DNA of 64,000 nt from Gemmatimonadales bacterium (GTDB lineage Bacteria > Gemmatimonadota > Gemmatimonadetes > Gemmatimonadales > GWC2-71-9). Positions 31,108-45,027 of this stretch are shown piece after piece; within the stretch, counting starts at the first letter, position 1, and the number at the start of each line of letters is the position of its first letter. The position numbers and the translations under genes are program-made. The DNA lies in NCBI GenBank assembly GCA_041615815.1, contig JBFJCP010000009.1, positions 63,091 to 127,090 of the forward strand, given 5' to 3'. The notes beneath the pieces are model-generated. The model was not told where the DNA came from and made no database searches. It saw nothing but the letters and a program-made list of their open reading frames with translations.

Positions 31108-31834
31108 GCTCCAGCATAGCGAGATACGCCTTGGCCCTCAAATCTTCCGGACGTTCCCGCTGGAGCTGCTCCCACACGTCCCGTGCAGCCGCTGCATCCC
31201 CCGACACGTAACAGGCGAGTCCCAGCGCCGCTTTGGGGTCGGCGGCCGTGGGACGAGCCCGGACCACCCGTTCGAACTCTTCTCGGGCCTCCAACGACCG
31301 CCCGGCTTCGAGCAGGAGTCGCCCCAAGCGGTACCGGAGATCGTGGAACTCCGGCCGCAGCCGCAACCCTGCCTGGTACTGTACGATCGCCTCGCCGAGA
31401 GCCCCTGCTTCGGCGTAGGCTTCACCCAACCCCGCGTGGAGATTGGCCAGCTTTCCCGAGTGATGGCGTGGCAATTCGCCCCGGGAGTCGCTGGCAATTT
31501 CCCGGGCGGTCGCGAACGCCTCCGTTGCCTCCTGCGAGTGTCCGAGCTCGCCGAGCACGATGCCGCGATGAATGTGTGCCTCGATATAACGCGGATTGAG
31601 TTCGAGGGCACGATCGAACGACTCGAGCGCCCGGTCGGGTTGGCCCACGAGGTGGTACGACAATCCCACCATGTGATGAGCGTCCGCGAAGGCCCGGCCT
31701 TCCTCGATCAGCTCTTCGAGCAGGTGAATACACCCGTAGTAGTCCTGGAGCTCGAAGCGTTCCTTGGCGAGCTCAATGGCTTGTGACGGGCGAGCGGTCA
31801 TGGAATCTCTCGTGGCGTTGGGCGCGGCGCTCAC
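31091..31834 (-). CDS. TPR-repeat protein
   Basis: Canonical TPRs ([21 protein letters not shown]). Confidence 0.8.
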   Translation of the reverse strand: MSAAPNATRDSMTARPSQAIELAKERFELQDYYGCIHLLEELIEEGRAFADAHHMVGLSYHLVGQPDRALESFDRALELNPRYIEAHIHRGIVLGELGHSQEATEAFATAREIASDSRGELPRHHSGKLANLHAGLGEAYAEAGALGEAIVQYQAGLRLRPEFHDLRYRLGRLLLEAGRSLEAREEFERVVRARPTAADPKAALGLACYVSGDAAAARDVWEQLQRERPEDLRAKAYLAMLERGAVQ

Positions 31835-32781
31835 ATCGACCCCCGGTCAGCTACTAGCTGCGTGCGAAAGTAGTCGATCGTGCGGCGAAGCCCTTCCTCC
31901 AGCGGCACTTGGGGTTCCCAGTCCAAGAGACGCCTCGCGGTCGCGATGTCGGGCCGACGTTGCTTCGGGTCGTCGGTCGGCAGGTCTTCGTGCACGACAG
32001 GTGACTGTGAACCCGTCAAATGGAGCACGATTTGGGCCAACTCCGCGACCGTAAACTCCGCGGGATTCCCCAAGTTGACCGGCTCCGGGCCGCCGCGCTC
32101 GAACAGACGCACGATCCCCTCGATCAGATCATCGACGTAGCAAAACGACCGCGTTTGGCGCCCGCTCCCGTACACGGTGAGCGGCTCACCCACCAAGGCC
32201 TGTACAATGAAGTTGGAAACGACCCGTCCATCACTCTTTCGCATCCGGGGTCCATACGTATTGAAAATGCGCACGATCCTCGTGTCGAGCCCGTGATACC
32301 GGTGGTACGCCATGGTCATGGCTTCGGCAAACCGCTTGGCCTCATCATACACCCCACGCGGGCCGACGGGGTTCACATGTCCCCAATAGCTCTCCGGTTG
32401 GGGGTGGACCTGAGGGTCACCATACACTTCCGATGTACTTGCCAAAAAGAACCGAGCGTCCTTGGCTTTGGCCAGCCCCAGGGAATTGTGGGTCCCGAGT
32501 GACCCGACTTTCAGGGTTTGGATGGGGAGCTTGAGATAGTCCACGGGACTGGCGGGTGACGCCAGGTGAAACACCGCATCCAACGGACCCTCTACCTCGA
32601 TGAACGTGCTCACGTCGTGCTGCAGGAACGTGAAGCCGGGCGTGTCCCACTGGTGTGCGAGGTTGGTTCTCGCACCCGTGATGTAATTGTCCATCGCGAT
32701 CACCTCGTGCCCGTCTCCCACGAGGCGATCCGTCAGATGGGACCCGAGAAACCCGGCGGCTCCCGTGACAAGCACCCGCAC
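31831..32781 (-). CDS. UDP-glucuronate decarboxylase family SDR
   Basis: [31 protein letters not shown] and [10 protein letters not shown] motifs. Confidence 0.92.
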   Translation of the reverse strand: MRVLVTGAAGFLGSHLTDRLVGDGHEVIAMDNYITGARTNLAHQWDTPGFTFLQHDVSTFIEVEGPLDAVFHLASPASPVDYLKLPIQTLKVGSLGTHNSLGLAKAKDARFFLASTSEVYGDPQVHPQPESYWGHVNPVGPRGVYDEAKRFAEAMTMAYHRYHGLDTRIVRIFNTYGPRMRKSDGRVVSNFIVQALVGEPLTVYGSGRQTRSFCYVDDLIEGIVRLFERGGPEPVNLGNPAEFTVAELAQIVLHLTGSQSPVVHEDLPTDDPKQRRPDIATARRLLDWEPQVPLEEGLRRTIDYFRTQLVADRGSM

Positions 32782-34089
32782 CTACGCCGGCCTCCGGCCA
32801 ATGCTCACGTAGCGGAAGCCCATCGCGCGCATCTTGTCCGGATCGTACAGGTTGCGGCCGTCCACGATGAGGGGACGCTTCAGCAGCGACTTCATCCGCG
32901 GGAAGTCCGGGTTGCGGAACTCCAACCACTCCGTGATGATCACCAGAGCGTCGGCCCCTTCCAGTACGTCGTACGCCCGATCCACGTACGTGATACGGCT
33001 CCCAAAGATGCATCGGGCGGTCGCCATGGCTTCCGGGTCGTGGGCCCGGATGCGCGCGCCGGCCGCCAACGCCGCCTCGATGAAGTCAATGGCGGGACTC
33101 TCCCGCATGTCGTCCGTGCGAGCCTTGAACGCGAGTCCCCACACGGCGATCGTGCTGCCGCTCAACTGCCCGTCCAGCTCACCCGTGAGCATTCGCATCA
33201 ACTTGCCCTTTTGCTGCGCGTTGAACGCTTCCACCTCTTCGATGATCGTGAGCGGCACCCCGTATTCAGCCCCCGTGCGCACGAGCGCGCGCAGATCCTT
33301 GGGAAAGCAGGAACCGCCGTAGCCGGGCCCGGGGAAGAGAAACGCTGGCCCGATCCGGGAGTCACTGCCAATACCGCGCCGTACCATGGTGATGTCCGCC
33401 CCAACCTTCTCACAGAGCTCCGCCACCTGGTTCATGAACGTGATCCGCGTGGCGAGCATGGAATTGGCCGCATACTTCGTGAGCTCGGCCGAGGCGATGT
33501 CCATGAAGAGGATGGGGTTCCCGGTCCGAACGAACGGCGCGTAGAGCTCACGAAGGACCTCCGCCGCCTCTTCCGCATCGACGCCCAGCACCACACGGTC
33601 GGGCTTCATGAAATCCTCGACCGCGGTGCCCTCCTTCAAGAACTCGGGATTCGAACAAACGTAGAAACGTTGCTGCGTGTGCCGCGCGATGGTTTCTCGC
33701 ACCTTGGCCGCCGTACCCACGGGCACGGTGCTCTTCGTGATGATGACCGTGGGCCCTTTCATGCGCTCGCCGATGGTTCGGGCCACCGCCAGCACGTGCT
33801 GGAGGTCGGCAGACCCATCTTCGTCCGGTGGTGTCCCCACAGCGATGAACACCACGACCGAGGCCTCCACCGCACTCCCCACGTCGGTGGTGAACTTCAG
33901 TCGTCCCTCCGCCTGGTTGCTGACCACCAGCTGCTCCAGTCCAGGTTCGTAGATCGGGATCTTGTTCTGACGCAGCTGCTGGATCTTGGCTTCGTCGACG
34001 TCGGCGCAGACCACGTCGTTGCCGGCTTCCGCCAGACATGCACCGACGACGAGCCCAACGTAGCCCGTACCCACTACGGTCACTTTCAT
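32782..34089 (-). CDS. ugd: UDP-glucose 6-dehydrogenase
   Basis: [23 protein letters not shown] and [10 protein letters not shown] motifs. Confidence 0.93.
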   Translation of the reverse strand: MKVTVVGTGYVGLVVGACLAEAGNDVVCADVDEAKIQQLRQNKIPIYEPGLEQLVVSNQAEGRLKFTTDVGSAVEASVVVFIAVGTPPDEDGSADLQHVLAVARTIGERMKGPTVIITKSTVPVGTAAKVRETIARHTQQRFYVCSNPEFLKEGTAVEDFMKPDRVVLGVDAEEAAEVLRELYAPFVRTGNPILFMDIASAELTKYAANSMLATRITFMNQVAELCEKVGADITMVRRGIGSDSRIGPAFLFPGPGYGGSCFPKDLRALVRTGAEYGVPLTIIEEVEAFNAQQKGKLMRMLTGELDGQLSGSTIAVWGLAFKARTDDMRESPAIDFIEAALAAGARIRAHDPEAMATARCIFGSRITYVDRAYDVLEGADALVIITEWLEFRNPDFPRMKSLLKRPLIVDGRNLYDPDKMRAMGFRYVSIGRRPA

Positions 34090-35390
34090 GAGGTGGTTGC
34101 GTTCCTCAGGGTGCGAAGAGCGTTGCGAGTGTCCACGACCCGGCGGGCCTCCGCCTGAATCAGGTCGTAGTCCAAACTCGAGTGGTCCGTCGCGATGACC
34201 ACACAATGGGCGGCGCGAATCTCCTTGACATCGAGATCCACGGAACAGAGCTCGATGCCGTCGTCGGTCACCCGCGCAACATAGGGGTCGTGGTATCGGA
34301 CCAGCGCCCCCTGCTGATCGAGCAGGCGGATGATGTCCAGCGCCGGGCTCTCCCGCACGTCATCGATATCCCTCTTGTAGGCGACACCCACGACCAAGAC
34401 CTGCGAGCCGCGGACCGGACGCGCGTCGTCGTTCAACTGCTCGATGACCTTGCGAACCCAAAACGCGGGCATCTCGGCGTTGACGTCCTCGGCCACGTCG
34501 ATGAACCGCGTCTTGTAGTTCAACCCGCGCATCTTCCACGCGAGGTAATGCGGATCGATGGGAATGCAATGCCCGCCGAGTCCTGGACCCGGCGTGAACT
34601 TCATGAACCCGAACGGCTTGGTGGCTGCCGCCTCGATCACCTCCCACACATCCACCCCCAGCTTGTCGCACACGATGGCCATTTCGTTCACCAGGCCGAT
34701 ATTCACGCTCCGAAACGTGTTCTCCAGCAGCTTCACGAGCTCGGCCGCCTCCGGCGACGAGACGCGCACCAGCGTATCGAACACCGGCTCGTAGAGTGCC
34801 GCCACCACACGCTGGCAGCTGTCGGTCACCGCCCCCACCACCTTGGGTGTGTTCCGCGTCTGCCATGTGGGATTGCCGGGATCGACCCGCTCGGGGGAGA
34901 AGGCCAAAAACACATCCCGGCCGACCACGAGGCCGCTGGCCTCGATACTCGGGAGCAACAGCTCCCGTGTGGTCCCGGGATACGTCGTGCTCTCCAACAC
35001 CACCACCTGACCAGCGTGGATATGCTGAGCCACCTCCTGGGCAGCTGCGAGCACGAAGGAGACGTCGGGGTCCTTGGTCTTGGAAAGTGGCGTCGGCACG
35101 CAGATCGAGATGACGTCCACGTCCGAGAGGCGCCGCATCTCCGTCGTCGCGTCGATGCGACCCTCGCGCACCAGCGCCGCCAATCGGTCCTGCGCAACAT
35201 CCTTGACGTGCGAGCGACCCTCCCGCACAGCATTGGTCACCGCCGGATTCACGTCGAAGCCGATCACGTGGTACCCGGCGGCGGCGATCTCCACGGCCAA
35301 GGGCAGCCCGACGTATCCGAGCCCGACGACGCCGAACGCGGCGGATCGATCCTGTGCCTTGGCGATCAGGCGTTGTTCGGCGGTGGTCAC
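34086..35390 (-). CDS. UDP-N-acetylglucosamine 6-dehydrogenase (WbpA-like)
   Basis: GLGYVGLPL, ESTTYPGTT, SPERVDPG and GGHCIPIDP motifs. Confidence 0.88.
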   Translation of the reverse strand: MTTAEQRLIAKAQDRSAAFGVVGLGYVGLPLAVEIAAAGYHVIGFDVNPAVTNAVREGRSHVKDVAQDRLAALVREGRIDATTEMRRLSDVDVISICVPTPLSKTKDPDVSFVLAAAQEVAQHIHAGQVVVLESTTYPGTTRELLLPSIEASGLVVGRDVFLAFSPERVDPGNPTWQTRNTPKVVGAVTDSCQRVVAALYEPVFDTLVRVSSPEAAELVKLLENTFRSVNIGLVNEMAIVCDKLGVDVWEVIEAAATKPFGFMKFTPGPGLGGHCIPIDPHYLAWKMRGLNYKTRFIDVAEDVNAEMPAFWVRKVIEQLNDDARPVRGSQVLVVGVAYKRDIDDVRESPALDIIRLLDQQGALVRYHDPYVARVTDDGIELCSVDLDVKEIRAAHCVVIATDHSSLDYDLIQAEARRVVDTRNALRTLRNATTS

Positions 35391-36409
35391 GCCGCCTGCC
35401 CGCTCACACAAGCCACGGCGGACCCTCCGCCCGCCAGCGATCGGGATGCCGCGTCCAAGACCCGCACCACCCGCACCCCGTCCTCGGCACCCGAGCGCGG
35501 GCGCTCCTGGCCCCGCGCCACGGCCACGAAATGCCGGAGTTCCGCGCCCAACGGCTCGACCGACGGGACCGGCGGAATCGCGGTGTCTCCGTCCTGCATC
35601 GCGAGGCTTGCACCGCACGAGGTGTACTCGGCCGGAGAATCCACGCCCTTGGCGAAGATCTTCAGTTTTTCCCTTGCCTCCATGTCGTCAAACACAACCC
35701 GGCAGCGAGACCCCACGACCGTGAGGCGACGCTCCTTGTGCGGATCGAGCCACGACATCTGCACCTGGGCCATGGGACCCCAGGCAAAGTCCATGACCAT
35801 GAATACCACGTCTTCGATCCCCGGCTGGCGAAAACTGCGTCCCTGCGCCATCACCCGCGTGGGCACCTGGTTCAGCAGGTAGAGCGCCACCGAGACGTCA
35901 TGCGGACCAAAGCTCCACAGCACGCTCTCGTCCGGCTGGATCGGCCCGCGGTTGATTCGCCGGCTGGACAAGTAGTACACGTCGCCCAAATCCCCCCCGT
36001 CCATCATCGCCTTGAGCCGTTCGATCGCCGGATGAAACAGCAGCAGATGACCAACCACGACCGGCACCTGCTGCCGATCGGCAAGCTCTGCCAACGCCTC
36101 GGCGTCCCGCACGGACAGAGCAAAGGGTTTCTCCACGAGTACCGGTAGTCGGTGGTCGAGCGCCTCCTGCACGAGGTGCGCATGCGACCCCGACGGTGTC
36201 GCCACGACCACGGCATCGGCCAGCCCCAACGCATCGGCCGACCGGCCGGTGACCGTCACCCCGGGATACTGCCGGCGGATGGCCTCCCTTCGGTCGTCTC
36301 GCAAATCGCACACGGCCACCAACTCCACCTCCGGAAGGGCCGCCAGCGTGCGGACGTGGTTGCGGCCCCAGGATCCGGCGCCGATCACGGCGACCTTGAG
36401 GCTGGTCAT
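35387..36409 (-). CDS. Gfo/Idh/MocA oxidoreductase (WbpB-like)
   Basis: GAGSWG and VEKPF motifs; lies between the aminotransferase and dehydrogenase genes. Confidence 0.85.
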   Translation of the reverse strand: MTSLKVAVIGAGSWGRNHVRTLAALPEVELVAVCDLRDDRREAIRRQYPGVTVTGRSADALGLADAVVVATPSGSHAHLVQEALDHRLPVLVEKPFALSVRDAEALAELADRQQVPVVVGHLLLFHPAIERLKAMMDGGDLGDVYYLSSRRINRGPIQPDESVLWSFGPHDVSVALYLLNQVPTRVMAQGRSFRQPGIEDVVFMVMDFAWGPMAQVQMSWLDPHKERRLTVVGSRCRVVFDDMEAREKLKIFAKGVDSPAEYTSCGASLAMQDGDTAIPPVPSVEPLGAELRHFVAVARGQERPRSGAEDGVRVVRVLDAASRSLAGGGSAVACVSGQAA

Positions 36410-37521
36410 CCGTAGAACTCCTTGATCGCCGCAATCACCGTGTCTCGCTGCTCCGCGGTGAGCTCAGGGTACACGGGAACCGATAGGACCTCGGCGGCAG
36501 CACGCTCCGCCTCCGGGAACGTGCCCTCGCGGTACCCGAGGTCCGCAAAGCACGGCTGCAGATGCAGCGGGCGGGGATAGTAGACCGCGCACCCGACGCC
36601 CCGCGCGGTCAAGTGCTGCTTCAGCTCATCTCGGCGCTCTGCCCGTATGGTGTATTGATGAAAGATCGGTTCGTTCGCCTCGTCGATCACGGGCGTGCGG
36701 ATGCCGTCCACGCCGCGCAGCGCATCCGTGTAGGCAGCGGCGTGGCAGCGCCGCGCCTCAGACCACGCCGACAAGTGCGGGAGCTTGGCAAGAAGGACCG
36801 CCGCCTGCAGGGTGTCCAGCCGACTATTGGTCCCGATTTCCTCATGGTGATACTGTTTCGCACCGCCGTGTGTCCGAAGCTTGCGGAGACGCGTGGCCAG
36901 CGCTTCGTCTTGCGTGACGACCATCCCGCCATCCCCCCATCCTCCGAGATTCTTGCTGGGGAAGAACGAAAACGCCCCACTGTGCCCGAGCTCACCCGCT
37001 CGACGCCATGTCCCTTCGATCCGGCGTCGGGCACCAATGGCCTGCGCAGCGTCTTCCACCACGGCGAGCCCGTGGCGAGCGGCGAGCGGCATGAGCCGTT
37101 CCATGGGCACCATCTGCCCGAACAGATGGACCGGCACCACCGCACGCGTTCTGTTGGTGATCGCCTGCTCCACCCCCTCGATGCACAGGTTGAACGTGAC
37201 GGGATGGACGTCCACGAACACCGGCGTCCCGCCGGCATTGTGGATGGCACCCGCCGTCGCGAAGAAGGTGAAGGGAGAGGTAATGACCTCGTCACCGGCC
37301 CGCAGATTCAATGCCTTCAGGGGAAGAAGCAACGCGTCGGTTCCACTGGCGCACGCGATACCGTATTGCGCACCACTGAGCGCGGCCACCGCCTCCTCGA
37401 GGCGTCGAACGGGTTCGCCCAGGATGAAATGTTGGCTCTCGACCACCTCCATCAGGGCGTCGAGCAGCTCCTCTCGAATCGTCGTAAACTGCGCTCGCAA
37501 GTCGAGCAACGGCACGTTCAT
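36406..37521 (-). CDS. DegT/DnrJ sugar aminotransferase (WbpE-like)
   Basis: SGTDAL, EDAAQAIG, SFFPSKNLG and NSRLDTLQA motifs. Confidence 0.92.
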   Translation of the reverse strand: MNVPLLDLRAQFTTIREELLDALMEVVESQHFILGEPVRRLEEAVAALSGAQYGIACASGTDALLLPLKALNLRAGDEVITSPFTFFATAGAIHNAGGTPVFVDVHPVTFNLCIEGVEQAITNRTRAVVPVHLFGQMVPMERLMPLAARHGLAVVEDAAQAIGARRRIEGTWRRAGELGHSGAFSFFPSKNLGGWGDGGMVVTQDEALATRLRKLRTHGGAKQYHHEEIGTNSRLDTLQAAVLLAKLPHLSAWSEARRCHAAAYTDALRGVDGIRTPVIDEANEPIFHQYTIRAERRDELKQHLTARGVGCAVYYPRPLHLQPCFADLGYREGTFPEAERAAAEVLSVPVYPELTAEQRDTVIAAIKEFYG

Positions 37522-37552
37522 CGATTCTCCAAACTCAAAAAAACGTAACAGC

Positions 37553-38143
37553 TTAGTCGCGTTTCGAACCAACGTCAATCCGACTCAACTGTCCGCCCGA
37601 CTCCCGATACCCCACTCCACAGCGGCCGCACGCGGCACTCCCGCCGGACAGGTGCAGGCGTTCCCCGCACTGGCACATCCATCCCACCCGACGGGCCGGC
37701 ACGCCAAGCATCAGTGCATGCGGGACCACGTCGGAGGTTACCACCGCGCCGGCCCCGATGAAAGCGAATTCCCCGAGAGTCACCCCGGCGACGACCGTCG
37801 CGTTGGCACCGATCGACGCTCCCCGCCGCACCAGGGTGCGCTGATACATGTCCTTGCGCGAAACGTGGGAGCGGGGTGTCGTGACATTGGTGAACACACA
37901 GGAGGGACCACAGAACACGTCATCTTCCAGTATCACGCCCTCGTAGACCGACACGTTGTTCTGAATCTTGACGTTGTTCCCGATCCTGACGTTGGGCATC
38001 ACGACCACGTTTTGCCCAAGGCTGCACCCCTCCCCGATCACGGCGCCCGGCATGACGTGGCAAAAATGCCAGATCTTGGTGCCGGCGCCGATCACGGCGC
38101 CCTCGTCGACATACGCACTCTCGTGCGCGAAATAGTCGGTCAT
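37553..38143 (-). CDS. hexapeptide-repeat N-acetyltransferase (WbpD-like)
   Basis: [29 protein letters not shown]-terminal CQCG...CGRC. Confidence 0.9.
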   Translation of the reverse strand: MTDYFAHESAYVDEGAVIGAGTKIWHFCHVMPGAVIGEGCSLGQNVVVMPNVRIGNNVKIQNNVSVYEGVILEDDVFCGPSCVFTNVTTPRSHVSRKDMYQRTLVRRGASIGANATVVAGVTLGEFAFIGAGAVVTSDVVPHALMLGVPARRVGWMCQCGERLHLSGGSAACGRCGVGYRESGGQLSRIDVGSKRD

Positions 38144-38147
38144 GTGG

Positions 38148-39134
38148 TCACAGCTCCTGGCTTCCCATGCCCTGCTTCCCGATCACCTTCACCTCGAGCG
38201 CCAACTCGATCCCGAACTCCTGGAAGACGCGCTCCCGCACGTGATCGATGACGGCCAGCACCTCCGCCGCGGTCGCCCTTCCGACATTGACGATGTAGTT
38301 GGCGTGTTTGGGTGAGACCTGTGCATCGCCGATCCGAAAGCCCTTGAGCCCACAGGCGTCGATCAGCTGGCCGGCCGAGCGTGGGCGATCGCCCGCGGTG
38401 TCGTTCGCGCCCTGCGGTTCCCCCGGAGCGGAAGCCGGTGGCGTGGGATTGCGGAATACCGAACCGCAACAGGGTTCGTCGAAGGGCGTACCCGCCTTAC
38501 GCCACCGAAAATGTTGGCGAATTTCCCGCTCGAGCACCGTCGGATCCTGGGGTTGCAACTCCACCGTCGCCGCGACGACCACGGCGTCACGCAGCCCGCT
38601 CGCGCGATACCGCCAGGCAATCTCACCCCGTAACAGCTGCCGCACCTCGCCACCGGCGCTCACCACGTCGACCGCGCGTACGACCTGGGAGAAATCCTGC
38701 CCGTGGGCGCCCGCGTTCATGAACACTCCACCACCCACCGTTCCCGGAACACCCACCAGCCGGTGGACACCCCCCAGGCCGGCTCGGGCCGACCGGCGGG
38801 CCAGGCGGGGGGTGGGCAGCCCCGCGCCCACGTGCCAAACGGTCGCCTCATTCCCCACCGCCTGGGTTACCCGGTCGAGCCCCTTGCCGAGGCGCACGAC
38901 GATGCCGTCGAACCCCTCGTCGCCGATGAGCACGTTCGATCCGAGCCCCAGCGCCAAGCAGGGTGTGCCAGATGCGCGCGCGAATCTCACCACGCGGACC
39001 ACGTCCTCCACCGACGCGGGAAATACCAGCGCCGCTGCCGGCCCGCCAATCCGGTAGGTGGTAAAGCGGGCGAGGGCGGTGTCGAACTCGATCTCACCAT
39101 CGAGCTCCGCCGCCAGCGCCGCCAACGCGTTCAC
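38148..39134 (-). CDS. murB: UDP-N-acetylenolpyruvoylglucosamine reductase
   Basis: [22 protein letters not shown]...NAGA, GSVFRNP and HANYIVN motifs. Confidence 0.95.
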   Translation of the reverse strand: MNALAALAAELDGEIEFDTALARFTTYRIGGPAAALVFPASVEDVVRVVRFARASGTPCLALGLGSNVLIGDEGFDGIVVRLGKGLDRVTQAVGNEATVWHVGAGLPTPRLARRSARAGLGGVHRLVGVPGTVGGGVFMNAGAHGQDFSQVVRAVDVVSAGGEVRQLLRGEIAWRYRASGLRDAVVVAATVELQPQDPTVLEREIRQHFRWRKAGTPFDEPCCGSVFRNPTPPASAPGEPQGANDTAGDRPRSAGQLIDACGLKGFRIGDAQVSPKHANYIVNVGRATAAEVLAVIDHVRERVFQEFGIELALEVKVIGKQGMGSQEL

Positions 39135-42100
39135 CGGCGTCGCTCCGACTCCGGCAGCGACGCGAACGGACCCAGCCCTCCTTGCGTGAGCCGCGGATCG
39201 GTCCCGGTCCGCTTGTACCATTCCTGGAGACAGCACACGCTCCGCTCCGGCTTGCGCAGGGCCGCAATGGCGTCACACACCGCTTTCGCCGCCGACATCG
39301 TCGTGGCGTACGGGAGGCGGTAGCGGAGCACCATGCGCCGGATCTCGTAATCGTCCTGCTGGGTCAACTTCCCCAACGGGGTGTTGATGAGGAGCTGGAC
39401 GCTGCCAGAGACGATCAGGTCCTTGGCGTTGGGCCTGCCCTCGTGGACCTTGAGCACCTCGTGCGCCGGAATACCTCGCGCGCCCAGGTACCCGGCGGTG
39501 CCTCGCGTGGCGAGAATACGAAAGCCGAGCTCGTAGAGACGTTGGACGATGGGTCGCACGGTGGGTTTGTCGTTATCGTTGACCGTGACGAGTACCGCAC
39601 CTTCGGTGGGAAGGGCCCCGTCGGCACCGATCTGCGCCTTGGCAAACGCCATCCCGAAGTTTTCCGCCACCCCCATGACTTCGCCGGTCGACCGCATTTC
39701 CGGTCCCAACAGGGAATCGACTCCCGGCAGCTTGGCGAACGGGAACACGGCCTCTTTCACGGCGACGTAGGGAATGACCACCTCGTCGGGAACACCGACC
39801 TCATCGAGCGTCCGTCCCACCATCACCGCCGCCGCCAGTTTGGCAAGCGGGACACCCGTGGCCTTACTGACGAATGGTACGGTCCGCGAGCCCCGAGGGT
39901 TCACTTCCAGGACGTACACGACTCCGTCTTTCACGGCGTATTGCACGTTGATGAGGCCCACCACCCCGAGGGCCTCGGCGAATGCCCGGGTGTGACGCCG
40001 CATGAGGTGCACGGCGTCGGGCTCGATGAGATACGATGGCAACACACACGCCGAATCTCCCGAGTGGATGCCGGCGTCTTCGATGTGCTGCATCACGCCG
40101 CCGATCACACACCGCGTGCCGTCCGCCACGGCGTCGACGTCGGCCTCGAACGCATCCTCCAAAAACCGATCGATCAGAATGGGATGCTCGGGGGAGGCCC
40201 GGACCGCGCTGTGGAAGTAGTCACGCAGCATGGGCTCGTCGTAGACGATCCGCATGGCCCGACCCCCCAACACATAGGACGGACGCACCAAGACCGGGTA
40301 TCCGACCTGCTTGGCGACGGCCACCGCTTCTTCCACGTCCACGGCGGTGCCGTTGGCCGGTTGGGTCACCCCGAGTTTCCGTGCGAGCGCCTCGAAACGG
40401 CGGCGGTCTTCCGCGGTGTCGATGGCGTCTGGACTCGTGCCCAGGATCGGCACCCCCGCCGCCTCCAACCCTTTGGCCAAGTTCAGGGGGGTCTGTCCAC
40501 CCAGCTGCACGACCACCCCTTTGGGTCGCTCGAGACGCACGATTTCGAGCACGTCCTCGAGCGTGAGGGGTTCAAAGTACAGTTTGTCCGAGATGTCGAA
40601 ATCGGTGGAGACGGTTTCCGGATTACAGTTGATCATGATGGTCCGGTACCCAAGCTCCCGAAGCCCCAGCCCCGCCCGCACGCAGCAGTAGTCGAACTCC
40701 ACGCCCTGACCGATCCGATTCGGGCCACTCCCCAAGATGACGATGCCGCCATCGCCTAGGGGCTCCGATTCGTTCTCGTCCTCGTAGCTCGAGTAGTAGT
40801 ACGGCGTGGCGGCCGGAAACTCGCCAGCGCACGTGTCCACCACCTTGTAGCTGGGGTGGATCCCCAGCTCCCAGCGCCGCGATCGGACCTCCGCCTCCGT
40901 CACGTTGTGCAAATCAGCGAGCTGACGATCCGAAAAGCCGAGCCGCTTCATCGCCCGCACATGGTCCGCGTCCAGGGGCGCGCTGCGGAACCGCTCTTCC
41001 GCACCGACGAGCTCGGCCAGTTGGGCAATGAACCACGGATCGATGTGGGACAGCTCGGCGATCTCGTCCACGGAGACTCCGAATTCCAGTGCCCGCTTGA
41101 TCTGGAAGACGCGCTCAGCGGTGGGAGTCCGCAGGGCGAGTCGCAGCGTCTCTGGGTCCTCGGCTGAGAGGCCGTCATCGTCGGCCCTCCGGCCCACGGT
41201 CCATCCCGGCCGGGAGATCTCGAGCGCGCGGAGGCCTTTCTGAAACGCCTCCTTGAACGTCCGGCCGATGGCCATGGACTCTCCCACCGATTTCATCTGC
41301 GTCGTGAGCGTCTTGTCCGCCGCTGGGAATTTCTCGAACGCGAACCGCGGAAACTTGACGACGACGTAATCCAACACGGGCTCGAACGAGGCGGGGGTCG
41401 TGCGGGTGATGTCGTTGGGTAGCTCATCCAGCGTGAACCCTACGGCCAGCTTGGCACCGATCCGGGCGATGGGAAATCCGGTAGCCTTCGACGCCAGTGC
41501 CGAGGAGCGGGACACGCGGGGGTTCATCTCGATGACCAGCATCTCGCCGTTGCGCGGGTGTACGGCGAACTGGATGTTGCACCCGCCGGCCGCCACCCCA
41601 ATCTCCCGAATGATGGCGATGGCGGCGTCTCGCATGTCCTGATACTCGCGGTCCGTGAGCGTCATGGCTGGCGCGACCGTGATCGAGTCACCCGTATGCA
41701 CGCCCATGGCGTCGAAGTTCTCGATGGAGCAAATCACCACCACGTTATCGCGGCAGTCCCGCATGACTTCGAGTTCGAACTCCTTCCACCCGAGCACCGA
41801 TTGCTCGATGAGCGCCGCCCCCACCGGTGAAAGCCCCAGCGCCCGGTCGACCAGCGCCTCGTATTCGTCGCGGTTGTACGCCACCCCGCCACCGCTCCCT
41901 CCCAGGGTGAAGGAGGGCCGGATGATGGCCGGATACCCCACTTCCTCGACGATCGCCATGGCCTCGTCGAAGGACCGCGCCACGGTTCCTCGCGGCACCG
42001 CCAAGCCGATCCGTTGCATCGCCGCCGCGAATTCCCTGCGGTCCTCCGCCATCTGGATCGCTCGCTGGTCGGCGCCGATCAGCTCGACGCCAAACCGCTC

Positions 42101-42407
42101 GAGCGTCCCATCGTCCGCCAGGGCCATGGCCACGTTCAGCGCCGTCTGGCCCCCCATCGTGGGCAGGAGCGCATCGGGACGCTCCTGCTCGATGACCCGG
42201 GCCACCCACTCCGCCGTGACTGGTTCGACATACGTCCGGTCAGCGAGCTCGGGATCGGTCATGATCGTCGCGGGATTCGAGTTGACGAGCACGACATGAT
42301 ATCCTTCTTCGCGCAGCGCCTTGATGGCTTGGGTCCCGGAATAATCGAACTCCGCGGCCTGCCCGATCACGATGGGCCCGGAGCCGATCAGCAGGATCGT
42401 CTCGATA

Positions 42408-42424
<17 letters not shown>
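39131..42424 (-). CDS. carB: carbamoyl-phosphate synthase large subunit
   Basis: MPKRTDI...[17 protein letters not shown]; duplicated ATP-grasp domains; MGS-like C-terminus. Confidence 0.98.
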
Positions 42425-44308
<1,884 letters not shown>

Positions 44309-44405
44309 TTAGCTCAACACCTTGTAAGATACGGAGTTACTGAGTAGCTTTCGCGACTGCTGACCAAGCAGATCGACGCTGACCATTCCGACGTGAGTGC
44401 TCCTC

Positions 44406-44618
44406 ATGGCTCGTACATGCGAAATCTGTGGCAAGGGACCGACCTTCGGTCACAACGTGAGCCACGCCAACAATAAGACCAACCGGCGCTGGAATCCCAA
44501 CCTGCAGCGGGTGCGGGCGCTCGTCGACGGTCAGCCGAAGCGGATCCGCGTCTGTACGCAGTGCATCCGTGCAAACCGCGTCACGAAAGCTCCACGCGGC
44601 GCAGCCGCACCTGCGTAA
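44406..44618 (+). CDS. rpmB: 50S ribosomal protein L28 (Cys-containing form)
   Basis: [10 protein letters not shown]...[17 protein letters not shown]...CTQC. Confidence 0.96.
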   Translation: MARTCEICGKGPTFGHNVSHANNKTNRRWNPNLQRVRALVDGQPKRIRVCTQCIRANRVTKAPRGAAAPA

Positions 44619-44646
44619 AAAAATGGGGACCGCTTGAGGTCCCCAT
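44617..44646 (-). terminator. intrinsic terminator after rplQ
   Basis: Minus strand ATGGGGACC-TCAAGC-GGTCCCCAT followed by a T run. Confidence 0.85.
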
Positions 44647-44670
44647 CCCATTCGAACGCCGTTGCTCGCC

Positions 44671-45027
44671 TCACTCGGATAGCAGCTCAATGCGGGCCAA
44701 CTCGGCGCCGTCTCCGTGGCGATGCCCGAGCTTGACGATCCGCGTGTATCCGCCCGGCCGGCTCGCGAAGCGGGGGCCAATGTCCCCGAACAAGCGCCCC
44801 GACACCCCCCGATCCTTGATGTGGCGCTCCACCTGCCGCCGCGCATGTAGATCCCCGCGCCGCGCCAGCGTGATCAGCCGTTCCGCGAACGGACGCAGTT
44901 CCTTCGCCTTGGCCACCGTCGTGACCATGCCCCCATGCTCGAACAGGGACGCGGCCATGTTGCGCAACAAGGCGCGGCGATGGGAGGCCGTGCGGCTCAG
45001 CTGCCGTCCTTTTCGCCGGTGGCGCAT
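44671..45027 (-). CDS. rplQ: 50S ribosomal protein L17
   Basis: MRHRRKGRQLSR...RPGGYTRIVK. Confidence 0.98.
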   Translation of the reverse strand: MRHRRKGRQLSRTASHRRALLRNMAASLFEHGGMVTTVAKAKELRPFAERLITLARRGDLHARRQVERHIKDRGVSGRLFGDIGPRFASRPGGYTRIVKLGHRHGDGAELARIELLSE